DNA from: Vicinamibacteria bacterium
GTDB lineage: Bacteria > Acidobacteriota > Vicinamibacteria > Marinacidobacterales > Marinacidobacteraceae
Assembly (NCBI GenBank): GCA_963422395.1
Contig: OY729431.1
Location: 2,624,151 to 2,688,150 of the forward strand
Direction: 5' to 3'
Length of the DNA: 64,000 nucleotides
Shown: piece after piece, positions 44,946-55,813 of the stretch
How the letters are laid out: each line of letters begins with the position of its first letter
Numbering within the stretch: the stretch's first letter is position 1
Notes under the pieces: model-generated
The model's input: the letters and a program-made list of their open reading frames with translations, nothing else
Told to the model about the DNA's origin: nothing
Databases searched by the model: none
Program-made: the position numbers and the translations under genes

Positions 44946-46328
44946 CTAGCGCCGTCCTCTGACGCGCCCCCGGCGCAAGAATCCATCGTAATTGCGCATG
45001 ATGAGTTGGCTTTCCACCTGCTGTGCCGTATCCATCGCCACTCCGACGACGATGAGGATGGAGGTTCCGCCGAAATAGAAGGTCACGCCGAGTCCCTCGG
45101 TAACGAAGGCCGGCAGTACCGAATCGAGCCAAGCTCCGATCACCGGAATCGGCGCCACGGTGAAACCGTTCAACAGGAACTCCGGAAGAACCGCAACCGC
45201 GGCGAGATAGATCGCACCTACGAAGGTGAGCTTGGCCAGCACCGAATCGAGGTAGCGCGCAGTCGGTCGTCCCGGCCGAATCCCGGGAATGTAGCCGCCA
45301 CTCTTCCGCATGTTGTCCGCCACATCGGCGGGCTTGAATACGATTGCCGTGTAGAAGTAACAGAAAAACAAAATCGCCGTCACATAGAGCAGCGTGTAGA
45401 GAGGCATCCCCCAGCGCAACTGCTCTGCTATCGCTGCCATCCAACGGCTCTCGGTGAAGAGAGAGGCGAAAGTCTGCGGAAGAGCGATGATCGAACTGGC
45501 GAAAATCACCGGGATCACTCCACCGGTGTTGATCTTCAGCGGGATGTGGGTGGACTGGCCCTGGTACATCCGGCGGCCCACGAAACGTTTTGCGTACTGT
45601 ACGGGAACCCTCCGTTGACCGCGTTCTATGAATACGATGAACGCAAGGACCGCTACCATGAAAATGATCAGTACGATGACGCCGAAGACGGTCTGCTGCC
45701 CCACTCGGATGTTCTGGACTGTGGTCATGACCGCTGACGGAAACATCACCACGATTCCGGCGAAGATCAGGAGCGACATCCCGTTGCCGATACCCCGCTC
45801 TGTGATCTGTTCGCCGATCCACATGATGAAAACCGTCCCGGCAGTCATCGTGAGGATCGTCATCGAGGTGAATCCGAGCCCCGGTTCGTTCACCAGGTTC
45901 ATCCCGTCGGGCAGGCTTTGGCTCTGCAAGAAGACTGCGATGCTGGCCGACTGGATGACGGCGAGAATGACGGTTCCGTAGCGAGTGTATTGGGTGATCT
46001 TCTTGCGACCGAGTTCGCCTTCCTTGCTGAGCTTTTCGAGATACGGCCAGACGAGGGTCAGAAGCTGCAAGATGATGGACGCACTGATGTAGGGCATGAT
46101 GCCGAGTGCGAACACGGTGACCTGCGACAGATTCCCCCCCGAGAACATGTCCACGAATCCGAACCAGGTCGCCCGATTCTGCTCGAAGAACGCGGTCAAC
46201 GCAGCCGGATTGACTCCGGGTGTTGGCACATGGTTTCCGAGCCGGTACACCGCAAGCATCCCGAGCGTGAACAGAATTCGGATCCGCAGATCCGGAATCC
46301 GAACGATGCTGCGAATGGAATTGATCAC
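44946..46328 (-). CDS. secY: Preprotein translocase subunit SecY
   Basis: 460 aa, 10-TM. ...LGIMPYISASIILQLL... The GTG overlaps the rplO stop (GTGA). Confidence 0.96.
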   Translation of the reverse strand: MINSIRSIVRIPDLRIRILFTLGMLAVYRLGNHVPTPGVNPAALTAFFEQNRATWFGFVDMFSGGNLSQVTVFALGIMPYISASIILQLLTLVWPYLEKLSKEGELGRKKITQYTRYGTVILAVIQSASIAVFLQSQSLPDGMNLVNEPGLGFTSMTILTMTAGTVFIMWIGEQITERGIGNGMSLLIFAGIVVMFPSAVMTTVQNIRVGQQTVFGVIVLIIFMVAVLAFIVFIERGQRRVPVQYAKRFVGRRMYQGQSTHIPLKINTGGVIPVIFASSIIALPQTFASLFTESRWMAAIAEQLRWGMPLYTLLYVTAILFFCYFYTAIVFKPADVADNMRKSGGYIPGIRPGRPTARYLDSVLAKLTFVGAIYLAAVAVLPEFLLNGFTVAPIPVIGAWLDSVLPAFVTEGLGVTFYFGGTSILIVVGVAMDTAQQVESQLIMRNYDGFLRRGRVRGRR

Positions 46329-46855
46329 TCTGAAATTCCGACTGTCTGCTGGACCGCAGCCTGGACGATGGTTTCGGCGGAACCGCCCGCTGCTTCGATC
46401 TTCTGACGCGCAGAGGCGCTGAAGGCGTGGGCGCGGACCGTCAGCCGCCGCTCGATCGCTCCTCCACCCAGAATCTTGATCCGCGCGCGGCGCGGGCGGA
46501 TCAGTACCGGAGGTCGATCGGGCCCGGTCGAGTAGAGCCGACCGTTTCGAACCAGGCGAGCCGCGACCAACTCGATTTCCCCCACCACTGCGTCGTCCTC
46601 GAATCCGTTCAGATCCTGTAGGTTCACTACCTCGTACTCCTGCCGAAAGATGTTCGTGAAACCTCGTTTCGGAACACGACGGATGAGCGGCATCTGCCCG
46701 CCTTCGAAACCACGGCGCCGCGAATACCCCGACCGAGACCGGGCGCCCTTGTGCCCACGACCAGAAGTCTTCCCCGTGCCAGAGCCTGGGCCGCGGCCAA
46801 CTCGCTTTCTCGGCCGAACCGCTCCGTCAGGCGGCGTCAGTGCATGAAGACTCAC
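46325..46855 (-). CDS. rplO: 50S ribosomal protein L15
   Basis: GTG 46855 after GGGAGGA. VSLHALTPPDGAVRPRKRVGRGPGSGTGKTSGRGHKG... The upstream part of the listed ORF is rejected. Confidence 0.9.
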   Translation of the reverse strand: MSLHALTPPDGAVRPRKRVGRGPGSGTGKTSGRGHKGARSRSGYSRRRGFEGGQMPLIRRVPKRGFTNIFRQEYEVVNLQDLNGFEDDAVVGEIELVAARLVRNGRLYSTGPDRPPVLIRPRRARIKILGGGAIERRLTVRAHAFSASARQKIEAAGGSAETIVQAAVQQTVGISE

Positions 46856-46895
46856 GGCTGTCCTCCCGAACTGCTCTCCGTTTCCGAACCGCCGC

Positions 46896-47144
46896 TCACG
46901 CGCCGCTCTGCTCTTTCGCCGCCTCGACGATGCGAACGAGGTGGGCGACACGCCGCACCATCCCGCGAATCATCGGGGTATCGGGCCGAGAAACGATAGC
47001 GCCCACCCGACGGAGACCGAGTCCCCGCACGACTTCGCGCTGATAGTGCGTAGTACCTGCGAGTCCGCGCACCAGCTGCACCGTGATCGAGGCCTGGGTT
47101 CCAAGACTGTGTATTTCACGAGATATTTCCTTGTTGCCTTCCAT
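46896..47144 (-). CDS. rpmD: 50S ribosomal protein L30
   Basis: ...ITVQLVRGLAGTTHYQREVVRGLGLRRVGAIVSRPDTPMIRGMVRRVAHLVRIVE. ATG 47144 preceded by AGGAG. Has short N- and C-terminal extensions relative to typical ~60-aa L30. Confidence 0.88.
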   Translation of the reverse strand: MEGNKEISREIHSLGTQASITVQLVRGLAGTTHYQREVVRGLGLRRVGAIVSRPDTPMIRGMVRRVAHLVRIVEAAKEQSGA

Positions 47145-47155
47145 GACTCCTGAAC

Positions 47156-47710
47156 CTAGGCGGAGATCTCCGCCTCGATATGACTCACATCCTTGCCCCG
47201 AAGCTCCGCCACTCCCGCTTTCGATCGAAGCGAGAGCAGCCCGGCCATCGTGGCCTCGACCACATTCTTCGGGTTCGCGGTCCCGAGCGACTTCGTCAGA
47301 ATATTTTTGATCCCCGCGAGCTCGATCACCGCCCGCACCGGGCCGCCGGCGATGACTCCCGTTCCCTCGGCAGCCGGCTTCAGCAGTACCCGCCCCGCCC
47401 CGAACACTCCCACCACCTGGTGCGCGATCGTCGATCCCTCCCGGGGAATCACCGTCAGATTCTTCTTGGCGATCTCGATTCCCTTCTTGATCGCCGCCGG
47501 CACTTCACGCGCCTTCCCGAGTCCGAATCCGACGCGGCCATCCTCGTTTCCTACGACCACCAGCGCCGAAAAGGAAAGATTCTTTCCACCCTTCACTACC
47601 TTCGTGACCCGGTTGATCGAGACCACCTTGTCTTTGAGGTCCGGATCTCCCGTGCGTTCCACCTGCATGTTTCGGGGGCTGCGCGGTTGCCGCCGACCGG
47701 CGGAATCCAT
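47156..47710 (-). CDS. rpsE: 30S ribosomal protein S5
   Basis: ...[44 protein letters not shown]... ATG 47710 lies 2 nt after the rplR stop. GTG 47719 is the alternative. Confidence 0.93.
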   Translation of the reverse strand: MDSAGRRQPRSPRNMQVERTGDPDLKDKVVSINRVTKVVKGGKNLSFSALVVVGNEDGRVGFGLGKAREVPAAIKKGIEIAKKNLTVIPREGSTIAHQVVGVFGAGRVLLKPAAEGTGVIAGGPVRAVIELAGIKNILTKSLGTANPKNVVEATMAGLLSLRSKAGVAELRGKDVSHIEAEISA

Positions 47711-47712
47711 AC

Positions 47713-48066
47713 TCAACACCGGATGCCTCCTTCCCGCACTGCCTCGGCGAGAGCCTTGATGCGGCCGTGGTATCGAGCACCGCCGCGATCGAACACGACG
47801 ACCTCGATCCCGGCGGCCCGCGCGCGTTCGGCGAGCGCCTGCCCCACGCGGACGGCGCTTTCGACATTGCCGCCGCCCTCGATTTCGGACTCTCGACTGC
47901 CTGCGGCAACCAGGGTTCGCCCTGCTGCATCGTCGATGACCTGTGCGTAGATGTGGTTCAGCGATCGAAAGACCGCGAGGCGCGGACGTTGGATCGTCCC
48001 TACGACCTTCCTGCGGATGCGGGCGTGAATACGCCGCCGCGCACCGCGACGGCTTTCGATTCGCAT
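47713..48066 (-). CDS. rplR: 50S ribosomal protein L18
   Basis: ATG 48066. [45 protein letters not shown]... Confidence 0.94.
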   Translation of the reverse strand: MRIESRRGARRRIHARIRRKVVGTIQRPRLAVFRSLNHIYAQVIDDAAGRTLVAAGSRESEIEGGGNVESAVRVGQALAERARAAGIEVVVFDRGGARYHGRIKALAEAVREGGIRC

Positions 48067-48091
48067 GATGTCCTTCTCTACCTCATAGCTC

Positions 48092-48628
48092 TCAGGCGCC
48101 CGTCTTGCCGGCCCTCTTGATGAGGCGTTCTCCGGTATAACGAATACCCTTCTGCTTGTACGGATCTGGCTTTCGAAGCGCCCGAATGCGGGCCGCAACT
48201 TCTCCGACTACCTGTTTGTCATATCCGGATACAACGATGTGCGTGTTCTTTTCGATCTGGACTTCGATTCCGTCGGGCAGTGGAAATTCGATCGGATGAG
48301 AGTAGCCGAGCGAGAAGTTGATAGTCCTGCCCTTGATCTGCGCCCGGTATCCGACCCCCACGATGTCCAACTCTTTCCGGAACCCCTTGGAGAGTCCGAT
48401 CACGGCATTGGCGAGCAACGCCCGGGTCAGACCCCAATACGCTCTGCTCTGTGCATCCTTCGCTGAGCAGAGTACGCGGAGCACGCCGTTTTCCCGTCGA
48501 ACCTCCACTCCCGAAAGGATCGGGGTGTCGAGCGTGTGTTTCCCCGCTTCGAGCCGGACCTCTCTGGCTCCGAGAGTGACCTCGACGCCATCCGGAATTG
48601 GAATCGGTTTCGAACCTATACGGGACAT
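48092..48628 (-). CDS. rplF: 50S ribosomal protein L6
   Basis: [19 protein letters not shown]... Confidence 0.96.
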   Translation of the reverse strand: MSRIGSKPIPIPDGVEVTLGAREVRLEAGKHTLDTPILSGVEVRRENGVLRVLCSAKDAQSRAYWGLTRALLANAVIGLSKGFRKELDIVGVGYRAQIKGRTINFSLGYSHPIEFPLPDGIEVQIEKNTHIVVSGYDKQVVGEVAARIRALRKPDPYKQKGIRYTGERLIKRAGKTGA

Positions 48629-48649
48629 TTTCCGATCACCGATCAGAGG

Positions 48650-49045
48650 TCACCAGACCTCGAACAACACTTCGCCGCCCACCCCGAGGCTGCGCGCCTG
48701 CCGCCCGGTCATCACTCCGCGCGAAGTCGAAAGGACAGTAACTCCGAGGCCACCCTGGGCCTTCGGAATCCGAGCGTGGGAGACATACACCCTCGTTCCC
48801 GGCTTCGAAACCCGCTTCAGACCGCTCAGAGCATCCCGATTCCCCGGAAGACGCCGCAGTCCGATGCGGATCGTGTCCTGCGGAGGCGCCGAGCGGCGTT
48901 CCCAACGATCCACATAGCCTTCCTCCTGAAGAATCCGGGCGATTTCCTGCTTCAGTTTCGAAGCCGGGATTTCGACGAAATCGTGCCGGGCCATCACCGC
49001 GTTGCGAAGTCGGGTGAGCATGTCAGCGACTGGATCAGACCACAC
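48650..49045 (-). CDS. rpsH: 30S ribosomal protein S8
   Basis: MWSDPVADMLTRLRNAVMARH... Confidence 0.96.
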   Translation of the reverse strand: MWSDPVADMLTRLRNAVMARHDFVEIPASKLKQEIARILQEEGYVDRWERRSAPPQDTIRIGLRRLPGNRDALSGLKRVSKPGTRVYVSHARIPKAQGGLGVTVLSTSRGVMTGRQARSLGVGGEVLFEVW

Positions 49046-49057
49046 CTCGAGCCTCCC

Positions 49058-49243
49058 TTACCAACTCGCCTTGATCACTCCCGGGATTTCCCCGGCGAGT
49101 GCCAATTTCCGGAAACAGAGGCGGCAAAGTCCGAACTTCCTCAAATAAGCACGCGGCCGACCGCAACTCAGGCAGCGGTTGTAACGCCGCACCGAGAACT
49201 TAGGTCGAGCCTTGGCCTTGGCGATCAGAGATTTTTTTGCCAC
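49058..49243 (-). CDS. rpsN: 30S ribosomal protein S14, type Z (zinc-binding, 61 aa)
   Basis: [48 protein letters not shown]... with CxxC...CxxC. Confidence 0.95.
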   Translation of the reverse strand: MAKKSLIAKAKARPKFSVRRYNRCLSCGRPRAYLRKFGLCRLCFRKLALAGEIPGVIKASW

Positions 49244-49276
49244 AACCGTCCCTCTCGAATTTTCTCGTCCGAAAAA

Positions 49277-49825
49277 TCAACCATCCCGACGCGCAAACGG
49301 CATTCCGAACGCACGAAGCAGTGCTTTCGCTGCTTCATCGCGGGTCGCCGTAGTGCAAATCGTTACATTCATTCCACGAGTTTTCTCGACCCTGGAATAG
49401 TCGATTTCCGGAAATACCGACTGATCTGTCAGACCTAGTGTGTAGTTGCCCCGGCCATCGAAGCTGCGCTCCGATACCCCGCGGAAGTCGTGCACTCGTG
49501 GAAGTGCGATATTGATGAGTCGATCCATGAATTCGTACATCCGCACACCTCGCAAGGTCACCCGAGCGCCAACGGGCATCCCTTCACGGATCTTGAAATT
49601 CGCTATGGATTTCCTGGCCCTGGTGACAACCGGACGCTGCCCAGTGATCGCCACCAGATCATCGAGAGCGGCATCTATGAACTTGTGTTCTCGTGCCCCC
49701 TCGCCGACTCCCATATTGATGACCACCTTGGTGACCTTCGGCACCGCATGAACGCTGCTGATACCGAGTTCCGTCCTGAGCTCGGGAGCGATAGCCTCGC
49801 GGTAACGGGAAAGCAGGCGGCTCAT
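49277..49825 (-). CDS. rplE: 50S ribosomal protein L5
   Basis: ...[16 protein letters not shown]... Confidence 0.96.
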   Translation of the reverse strand: MSRLLSRYREAIAPELRTELGISSVHAVPKVTKVVINMGVGEGAREHKFIDAALDDLVAITGQRPVVTRARKSIANFKIREGMPVGARVTLRGVRMYEFMDRLINIALPRVHDFRGVSERSFDGRGNYTLGLTDQSVFPEIDYSRVEKTRGMNVTICTTATRDEAAKALLRAFGMPFARRDG

Positions 49826-50181
49826 CTGTCGATCACTCCCTGCGAGCGAACGCTGACCCGAACCTTGCGTCCGTCGGTAAGTCGAGTACGCCGAATTCTG
49901 GTGGGGAGGTTCGTCTCCGGATCCACGATCATCACATTACTGAGCGCTATCGCCGCCTCACGCTCCACCACGCCTCCCTTGATGTTCTGGCGCGGATTGG
50001 CCTTCGTGTGACGCTTGATCATGTTGATCCCTTCGACGAGCACACGGCCCGCTTCGGGAAAAAGACGAAGAATCCTGCCTCGCTTGCCGGCATCACTTCC
50101 GCTGAGAATCTGCACCAGGTCGTTCTTCCGGACATGGATTCTCCGGGGGACTGCATTCCCCTTCGTTCGGGCCACTCTCAC
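49822..50181 (-). CDS. rplX: 50S ribosomal protein L24
   Basis: ...[22 protein letters not shown]... (KOW motif). GTG 50181 overlaps the rplN stop (GTGA). Confidence 0.93.
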   Translation of the reverse strand: MRVARTKGNAVPRRIHVRKNDLVQILSGSDAGKRGRILRLFPEAGRVLVEGINMIKRHTKANPRQNIKGGVVEREAAIALSNVMIVDPETNLPTRIRRTRLTDGRKVRVSVRSQGVIDR

Positions 50182-50546
50182 AAGACCTCGGGTGCCAGGG
50201 AAATGATCTTCATGAACTGCCGCTCACGCAGCTCGCGCGCCACCGGTCCGAACACGCGCGTCCCGGTGGGTTCACGCTGCTCGTTGATCAGTACCGCGGC
50301 GTTGTCACCGAAACGGATATAGGAGCCGTCAGCGCGCCGATGCTCTTTCCGTGTTCTCACGATGACCGCTCTTACCACCGTGCCCTTCTTCACTGCGCTT
50401 CCTGGTGCTGCTTCTCGGACCGAAGCGGTGATGACATCACCGAGACGCGCGATACGCCCCACACCGCCACCGAGCGGCAGGATGCATACGACGCGCCGGG
50501 CACCCGAATTATCAGCGACTTGAAGCACGGACTGCATTTGGATCAT
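50178..50546 (-). CDS. rplN: 50S ribosomal protein L14
   Basis: ATG 50546. [22 protein letters not shown]... Overlaps the rpsQ stop (ATGA). Confidence 0.96.
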   Translation of the reverse strand: MIQMQSVLQVADNSGARRVVCILPLGGGVGRIARLGDVITASVREAAPGSAVKKGTVVRAVIVRTRKEHRRADGSYIRFGDNAAVLINEQREPTGTRVFGPVARELRERQFMKIISLAPEVL

Positions 50547-50788
50547 GTCGCTCGCTCCAGGATCCTGATCAGCCGAAAGTGTTTGGTCCGGGACATCGGC
50601 CGACATTCCTCGATCATCACCCGGTCACCTACTTTCCCTTCGTTCTTTTCGTCGTGGACCGTGAAGCGAGTGGATTTCTTGTAGCGCCGCTTGTAGAGCG
50701 GGTGCTCCACCAGACGCTCCACGCGCACGCTGATCGTCTTCTCCGCACGGTCGGTGACCACGGTTCCGGTCTTGATCAGTTTTGGCAT
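50543..50788 (-). CDS. rpsQ: 30S ribosomal protein S17
   Basis: ...[39 protein letters not shown]... Confidence 0.96.
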   Translation of the reverse strand: MPKLIKTGTVVTDRAEKTISVRVERLVEHPLYKRRYKKSTRFTVHDEKNEGKVGDRVMIEECRPMSRTKHFRLIRILERAT

Positions 50789-50815
50789 GACTTCCTCGGT
50801 TGCGTGAGTCGCTCC

Positions 50816-51037
50816 TCAGCCAGCAGCTTTCCTTTCTCCTGCAGCCGGTTCGAGTTCCCGTTCGCGGACAATGGTGCGGAAACGGGCTAGCCGGCGCCGG
50901 AGCAACTGCACTTTATGGGTGTGCCCGAGCTGGCCGGTCGCCGCTTCGAGACGCGCATCGAACAGCTCTCGACGAACCTCTTGTTCCTTCCGGAGAAGTT
51001 CTTCGTGGCTCAAATCCCGAATCTCCACTGCCTTCAT
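50816..51037 (-). CDS. rpmC: 50S ribosomal protein L29
   Basis: ATG 51037 overlaps the rplP stop (ATGA). [37 protein letters not shown]... Confidence 0.93.
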   Translation of the reverse strand: MKAVEIRDLSHEELLRKEQEVRRELFDARLEAATGQLGHTHKVQLLRRRLARFRTIVRERELEPAAGERKAAG

Positions 51038-51456
51038 GACGGATTCTCCTCGAAACGACCGACGAACTGCGTTCGCACTGGAAGCTTGTGGCTGGCAAGC
51101 CGCATCGCCTCCACGGCCTGATCTCGAGAAACTCCCTCCATCTCGAAGAGCACTCTCCCGGGCCGCACCACCGCCACCCACGATTCGGGCCCACCCTTTC
51201 CCTTACCCATTCGGGTCTCCTGAGGCTTCTTGGTGAGCGGTTTGTCTGGAAAGATTCGAATCCAGACGCGCCCGGTCCGCCGTACGAATCGAGTGATCGC
51301 AACCCGGGCGGATTCGATCTGTCGGTTCGTGATCCATCCCGGCTCCAGCGTTTTGAGTCCAAAATCTCCGAAGGACACCAACTGCCCGGTCCACGACTTC
51401 CCCCGCATCCGACCGCGCTGCTGCTTGCGGTACCGAGTCTTCTTGGGCGTCAACAT
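51034..51456 (-). CDS. rplP: 50S ribosomal protein L16
   Basis: [21 protein letters not shown]... Confidence 0.96.
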   Translation of the reverse strand: MLTPKKTRYRKQQRGRMRGKSWTGQLVSFGDFGLKTLEPGWITNRQIESARVAITRFVRRTGRVWIRIFPDKPLTKKPQETRMGKGKGGPESWVAVVRPGRVLFEMEGVSRDQAVEAMRLASHKLPVRTQFVGRFEENPS

Positions 51457-51477
51457 GACATTACTCCTCGCCGCGGC

Positions 51478-52179
51478 TCAGGCCGACGGCGCCGACTCCT
51501 CCGCGGCAGGCGTTGCCGGACGACCCGGATGTTCCCCTCGGCGAGGCCGGCTGACCATATCGCTCACTCCGCGGTAAACCCAGCACTTGACGCCGATCTG
51601 GCCGTAGGTAGTGAACGCTTCGGCAAGGCCGTACTCGATATCGGCCCGAAGCGTGTGCAAAGGAAGCTGCCCCTCCAAATACCACTCAGACCGAGCGATG
51701 TCGGCTCCATTCAGCCGACCGGCGCATCGAATCCTGACTCCCTTGGCGCCATTGCGCATCGTGTTCTCCACGGCTTTCCGCATAGCTCGGCGGAAGGCTA
51801 TTCGCTTCTCGAGCTGGAGGGCTATGGACTCTGCCACCAACTGCGGGTCGAGTTCGGGTTTGATGACCTCGAGAGGACGAATATGGACTTCCTTGCCGGT
51901 CCGCTTCCGCAAATCGCGAGTGAGCTTCTCGACTTCGGTACCTTTTCGACCAATGATGATCCCCGGTCTCGAGGTGTGGATGTAGATGTTCAATTTGTTG
52001 CCCGGACGCTCGATCTCCACGCGAGAAATCCCGGCGTGATAGAGGCGCCGCTTCAGCAGACGCCGAAGTTTCAAATCCTCATGCAGGGAGTCGCGGTAGG
52101 AACCCGATGCGAACCAGCGAGAACGCCAGGTCTTGCTGTATCCGAGTCTGAATCCGTACGGATGTACTTTCTGACCCAT
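51478..52179 (-). CDS. rpsC: 30S ribosomal protein S3
   Basis: [24 protein letters not shown]... Confidence 0.96.
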   Translation of the reverse strand: MGQKVHPYGFRLGYSKTWRSRWFASGSYRDSLHEDLKLRRLLKRRLYHAGISRVEIERPGNKLNIYIHTSRPGIIIGRKGTEVEKLTRDLRKRTGKEVHIRPLEVIKPELDPQLVAESIALQLEKRIAFRRAMRKAVENTMRNGAKGVRIRCAGRLNGADIARSEWYLEGQLPLHTLRADIEYGLAEAFTTYGQIGVKCWVYRGVSDMVSRPRRGEHPGRPATPAAEESAPSA

Positions 52180-52181
52180 GG

Positions 52182-52541
52182 CTAGTCCCCTTCCACCGCC
52201 GTGACGCGGATCGTGTAGTGGGTGGTTCGCCGTCGAATTCGACGAATGCGAGCCCGCCGACCGCTTCGAGAAATCGCGCGGGCCGGCCCTTCATCGGCGA
52301 ATGCCTCGGCAACCAGCAGCTGATCCTCATCGATCCGCCTGGTTTCGCTGAGCGCCCTGATCTGTGCGTTGGCGATAGCCGAGCGTAGGACCTTCTCGAT
52401 CGTTTTGGCAGCCGCACGATTCGTGTTCTGCAACAAAGCGATGGCATCTGCCGCAGGCTTTCGCCGGATGAGATCCAGAACGAGCCGCGCCTTCTGCGCC
52501 GATCCCGGTGCAGCAGTGGCCCTGGCAATCGCTTCGATCAT
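52182..52541 (-). CDS. rplV: 50S ribosomal protein L22
   Basis: [37 protein letters not shown]... Confidence 0.95.
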   Translation of the reverse strand: MIEAIARATAAPGSAQKARLVLDLIRRKPAADAIALLQNTNRAAAKTIEKVLRSAIANAQIRALSETRRIDEDQLLVAEAFADEGPARAISRSGRRARIRRIRRRTTHYTIRVTAVEGD

Positions 52542-52584
52542 CGCATAGGCCTCTGTCGCCGGGCCGCCGCTCTGCCGGCGGGTG

Positions 52585-52869
52585 TCATCGTCGTCCTCCC
52601 GACCTTTCTGTCTTCACCTTGTGTCCCTTGAAGGTTCGCGTCGGGGAAAATTCGCCGAGCTTGTGCCCCACCATGTTGTCGGTGACATACACAGGAATGA
52701 ATTTGCGGCCATTGTGGACCGCAAAGGTCAGTCCTACCATCTCCGGCACGATCGTGGATCGCCGGGACCAGGTCTTGATGATCTTCTGGCGACGAGCCAC
52801 ACGCGCATCTTCGACCTTGCGGATAAGGCTCTCTTCGATGTAGGGACCTTTCTGAACCGAACGCGGCAT
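52585..52869 (-). CDS. rpsS: 30S ribosomal protein S19
   Basis: [15 protein letters not shown]...[36 protein letters not shown]. Confidence 0.96.
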   Translation of the reverse strand: MPRSVQKGPYIEESLIRKVEDARVARRQKIIKTWSRRSTIVPEMVGLTFAVHNGRKFIPVYVTDNMVGHKLGEFSPTRTFKGHKVKTERSGGRR

Positions 52870-52891
52870 GCCGTTTTCCTCGCGGATATCT

Positions 52892-53725
52892 CTACTTTCT
52901 ACGGCGCTTGCGAGAGCGCACGATCATGGAATCCGTCCGCTTGTTGTTTCGTGTCTTGTGCCCTTTCGTCGGCACGCCCCAAGGGCTGACCGGATGCCGC
53001 CCTCCCGAGCTCTTGCCTTCACCCCCGCCATGAGGGTGGTCCACCGGGTTCATCGTCACGCCGCGGTTATGCGGCCGGCGGCCCAGCCATCGTTTTCGGC
53101 CGGCCTTCCCGAGTTTCACATTCTCATGATCCACATTGGATACTTGACCGATCGTAGCGCGACATTCGCGCAGCACGCGACGCACCTCGCCCGAAGGGAG
53201 GCGTACCTGCGCGTACTGCCCCTCCTTGGCGACCAACTGAACGAAAGCACCGGCGCTCCGCGCCATCTTGCCACCCCCTCCCGGCCGCAACTCGACATTG
53301 TGGATGGTCGCACCGAGGGGAATACGCTCGATCCGGAGGGTGTTTCCGGAGAGTATTTCAGCCGTATCACTCGCCACTACGATATCGCCCACCTTCATAC
53401 CCACTGCGTGGAGGATGTAGCGCTTGTCTCCATCGACATAGTGCAGCAGAGCGATACGCGCCGACCGATTCGGGTCGTACTCGATCGAGGCCACGCGACC
53501 AGGAACCCCTGGTTTGGCTCGTTTGAAATCGATTGCACGATGGCGCCGCTTATGGCCACCGCCACGAAAACGGACCGTGATCCTGCCATGCGCGTTGCGG
53601 CCTCCGCTCTGACTCTTCCCCCGTGTGAGCCGTTTCTCCGGACGGTCGGTCGTCAACTCCTCGAAGGTCTGCACGGTGTGGAACCGCCGCCCGGGGGAAG
53701 TCGGCCGAGATTTTCTGATCGCCAT
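52892..53725 (-). CDS. rplB: 50S ribosomal protein L2
   Basis: [15 protein letters not shown]...[13 protein letters not shown]... Confidence 0.97.
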   Translation of the reverse strand: MAIRKSRPTSPGRRFHTVQTFEELTTDRPEKRLTRGKSQSGGRNAHGRITVRFRGGGHKRRHRAIDFKRAKPGVPGRVASIEYDPNRSARIALLHYVDGDKRYILHAVGMKVGDIVVASDTAEILSGNTLRIERIPLGATIHNVELRPGGGGKMARSAGAFVQLVAKEGQYAQVRLPSGEVRRVLRECRATIGQVSNVDHENVKLGKAGRKRWLGRRPHNRGVTMNPVDHPHGGGEGKSSGGRHPVSPWGVPTKGHKTRNNKRTDSMIVRSRKRRRK

Positions 53726-53728
53726 GAT

Positions 53729-54019
53729 CTACACGCCCTTGAAGATCTCGACGGAATGCCCTTCCTCGAGAGTCACGAACGCCTTTTTCCAATCCGGACG
53801 CCTCCCGAAGAAGCGGCCCCAGCGCTTGTTCTTGCCAGTGAAATTCGCAGTGCGAACCCCCTTCACCTCGACCTCGAAAAGGGTCTCGACTGCTCGCCGG
53901 ATCTGCACTTTGTTGGCCCCGCGCCGGACCCGAAAACAGACGACATTCTCCTTCTCACGAAGGCGTTCCGCCTTCTCGGTGGTGATGGGTTCGAGAATCA
54001 CCTGGTCGGCTTCCATCAC
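53729..54019 (-). CDS. rplW: 50S ribosomal protein L23
   Basis: ...ILEPITTEKAERLREKENVVCFRVRRGANKVQIRRAVE... Confidence 0.95.
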   Translation of the reverse strand: MMEADQVILEPITTEKAERLREKENVVCFRVRRGANKVQIRRAVETLFEVEVKGVRTANFTGKNKRWGRFFGRRPDWKKAFVTLEEGHSVEIFKGV

Positions 54020-54807
54020 TCGCCCCCTCTCTCGGCCAGTTTCGCAGACAGCGCGTCGAGTGCCGAGCGGCGAATGAAGACGGTCGATGCCTTCAGGACT
54101 TCATAGCAGTGGAGAGCCGTCACCGAGACGACCTCCACCGATTGCAGGTTGCGCGCCGAGCGATAGAGCACTTCGGAAGGTGCCGCTTCGATGATCAGCG
54201 CCCGGCGCCCCTGAAAATTCCACTCGGCAAGCCGCTTCCACACGGTGCGCGTCGAAGGGCTGCTCAGCCCGAAATCCTCGAAGACGCATATTTTCCGCTC
54301 GCCGGCTCGGAGCGACAGCGCCGAGCGCAGCGCCCCGCGCTGCATCCGACCAGGCAGTCGATAGCTGTAGTCCCGCGGCTCGGGACCGAAAACCGTTCCG
54401 CCCCCCCGCCAGAGCGGGTTGCGGCGACTGCCGACGCGAGCGTTGCCGGTCCCCTTCTGCCGCCAGGGTTTCCGTCCGCCACCCCGGACCAACCCCCGGC
54501 TCTTCGTCGCGTGGGTTCCGGCGCGCCGGCCAGCCCGATATTGGCGCACGGCGTCGTACAGGAGGCCGGAATGGACCGGCACCGCAAAGACTGCCGGGTC
54601 CAGAGTCACTTCGTCCCCTCCGGGCATCCGAACCCTTGGACTCTCGGGGCGGCGATCCGGACTCGGACCGTATGGCGGAGGAGCATCGGAAGCACCAGTG
54701 GCAGCGGCATCGAGTTCCCCCTCAGAAACGAGATCCAGCGAGCCGGAATCCGACGACCCCGTCGGGGCCGGCTGTTCCTCGGTCACTTTCGACATCTCCG
54801 ACTTCAC
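54016..54807 (-). CDS. rplD: 50S ribosomal protein L4 (with possible 60-aa low-complexity N-terminal extension)
   Basis: Core ...HATKSRGLVRGGGRKPWRQKGTGNARVGSRRNPLWRGGG... GTG 54807 overlaps the rplC stop (GTGA) with GGAGG 10 nt upstream. The conserved core would also be satisfied by ATG 54627. Confidence 0.9.
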   Translation of the reverse strand: MKSEMSKVTEEQPAPTGSSDSGSLDLVSEGELDAAATGASDAPPPYGPSPDRRPESPRVRMPGGDEVTLDPAVFAVPVHSGLLYDAVRQYRAGRRAGTHATKSRGLVRGGGRKPWRQKGTGNARVGSRRNPLWRGGGTVFGPEPRDYSYRLPGRMQRGALRSALSLRAGERKICVFEDFGLSSPSTRTVWKRLAEWNFQGRRALIIEAAPSEVLYRSARNLQSVEVVSVTALHCYEVLKASTVFIRRSALDALSAKLAERGGE

Positions 54808-55427
54808 GCCTTGCGGACCTCCACGGCACCGCCACAGGGCCCTGGCACTCCGCCGCGCACCGCCACCACATTCGTCCCCTCATCGACTTCCACGACGCGC
54901 AGATTTCGCACCGTCACCCGGGCATGTCCCTGGTGCCCGGGAAGCCGGGTTCCCGGAAGCACGCGCGAAGGAGTGGCGCACATTCCGATCGCACCGGGAG
55001 CCCGGTGGAACTTCGAGCCATGGGACTTCGGGCCGCCATGGAAACCGTGCCGCTTCATGACCCCCGAAAATCCTTTTCCCTTGCTCAACCCCGTGACGCG
55101 CACTCGGCCGCTCGCCGCGAAGACCTCCGCACCGAGGCGGGTACCGACTTCGAGATCGTCGTTCGGTCCGGTTCGGAATTCACCGAGAACCGTGGCCGAC
55201 CGATCGGCACCCGCAGCTTCGATACGCGCTGCAGCCGCCTTCGGCAACTTCTTGCCGAAGAGTGCATGTTCGAGAGCGATCTGGACCGCCGAGTACCCAT
55301 CGTTGGGCACTGTCTTCTTCTGTAACACCACGCAGGGGCCGATTCGGATCAGCGTCACCGGCACGACGCGGCCATCGGCAGCGAAACGCTGAGTCATTCC
55401 CAGCTTTATTCCCAGCAGGCCATCCAT
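54804..55427 (-). CDS. rplC: 50S ribosomal protein L3
   Basis: ATG 55427 gives [27 protein letters not shown], the canonical L3 N-terminus. The listed ORF start 55475 would overlap rpsJ. Confidence 0.94.
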   Translation of the reverse strand: MDGLLGIKLGMTQRFAADGRVVPVTLIRIGPCVVLQKKTVPNDGYSAVQIALEHALFGKKLPKAAAARIEAAGADRSATVLGEFRTGPNDDLEVGTRLGAEVFAASGRVRVTGLSKGKGFSGVMKRHGFHGGPKSHGSKFHRAPGAIGMCATPSRVLPGTRLPGHQGHARVTVRNLRVVEVDEGTNVVAVRGGVPGPCGGAVEVRKA

Positions 55428-55449
55428 CGAATCTTCCCTCGCTCCTTCG

Positions 55450-55782
55450 TCACTCGGGATGGGGCTCGCCGGCAACCATCGCCTTGATCTCTACATGCAC
55501 ACCGGCGGGAAGGTCGAGGCGCGAAAGCGCATCCACGGTGGTCGGCGTGGAGCCCAGAATGTCGAGCAACCGCTTGTGGGTTCGCATTTCGAACTGCTCA
55601 CGCGATTTCTTGTCCACATGGGGAGACCGGAGCACCGTGTATCGATTTTTCACCGTGGGAAGCGGAATCGGCCCGGCGACGGTAGCACCGGTGCGCTTCG
55701 CAGTCTCGACGATCTCACTCGTGGATTGGTCGAGAAGTCGATGATCGAAGGCCTTGAGCCGGATACGGATTTTTTCGTTCAT
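55450..55782 (-). CDS. rpsJ: 30S ribosomal protein S10
   Basis: ATG 55782. [43 protein letters not shown]... Confidence 0.95.
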   Translation of the reverse strand: MNEKIRIRLKAFDHRLLDQSTSEIVETAKRTGATVAGPIPLPTVKNRYTVLRSPHVDKKSREQFEMRTHKRLLDILGSTPTTVDALSRLDLPAGVHVEIKAMVAGEPHPE

Positions 55783-55813
55783 TTCAATCGTGGGGCTCGG
55801 ACTCTCGTCGGCA

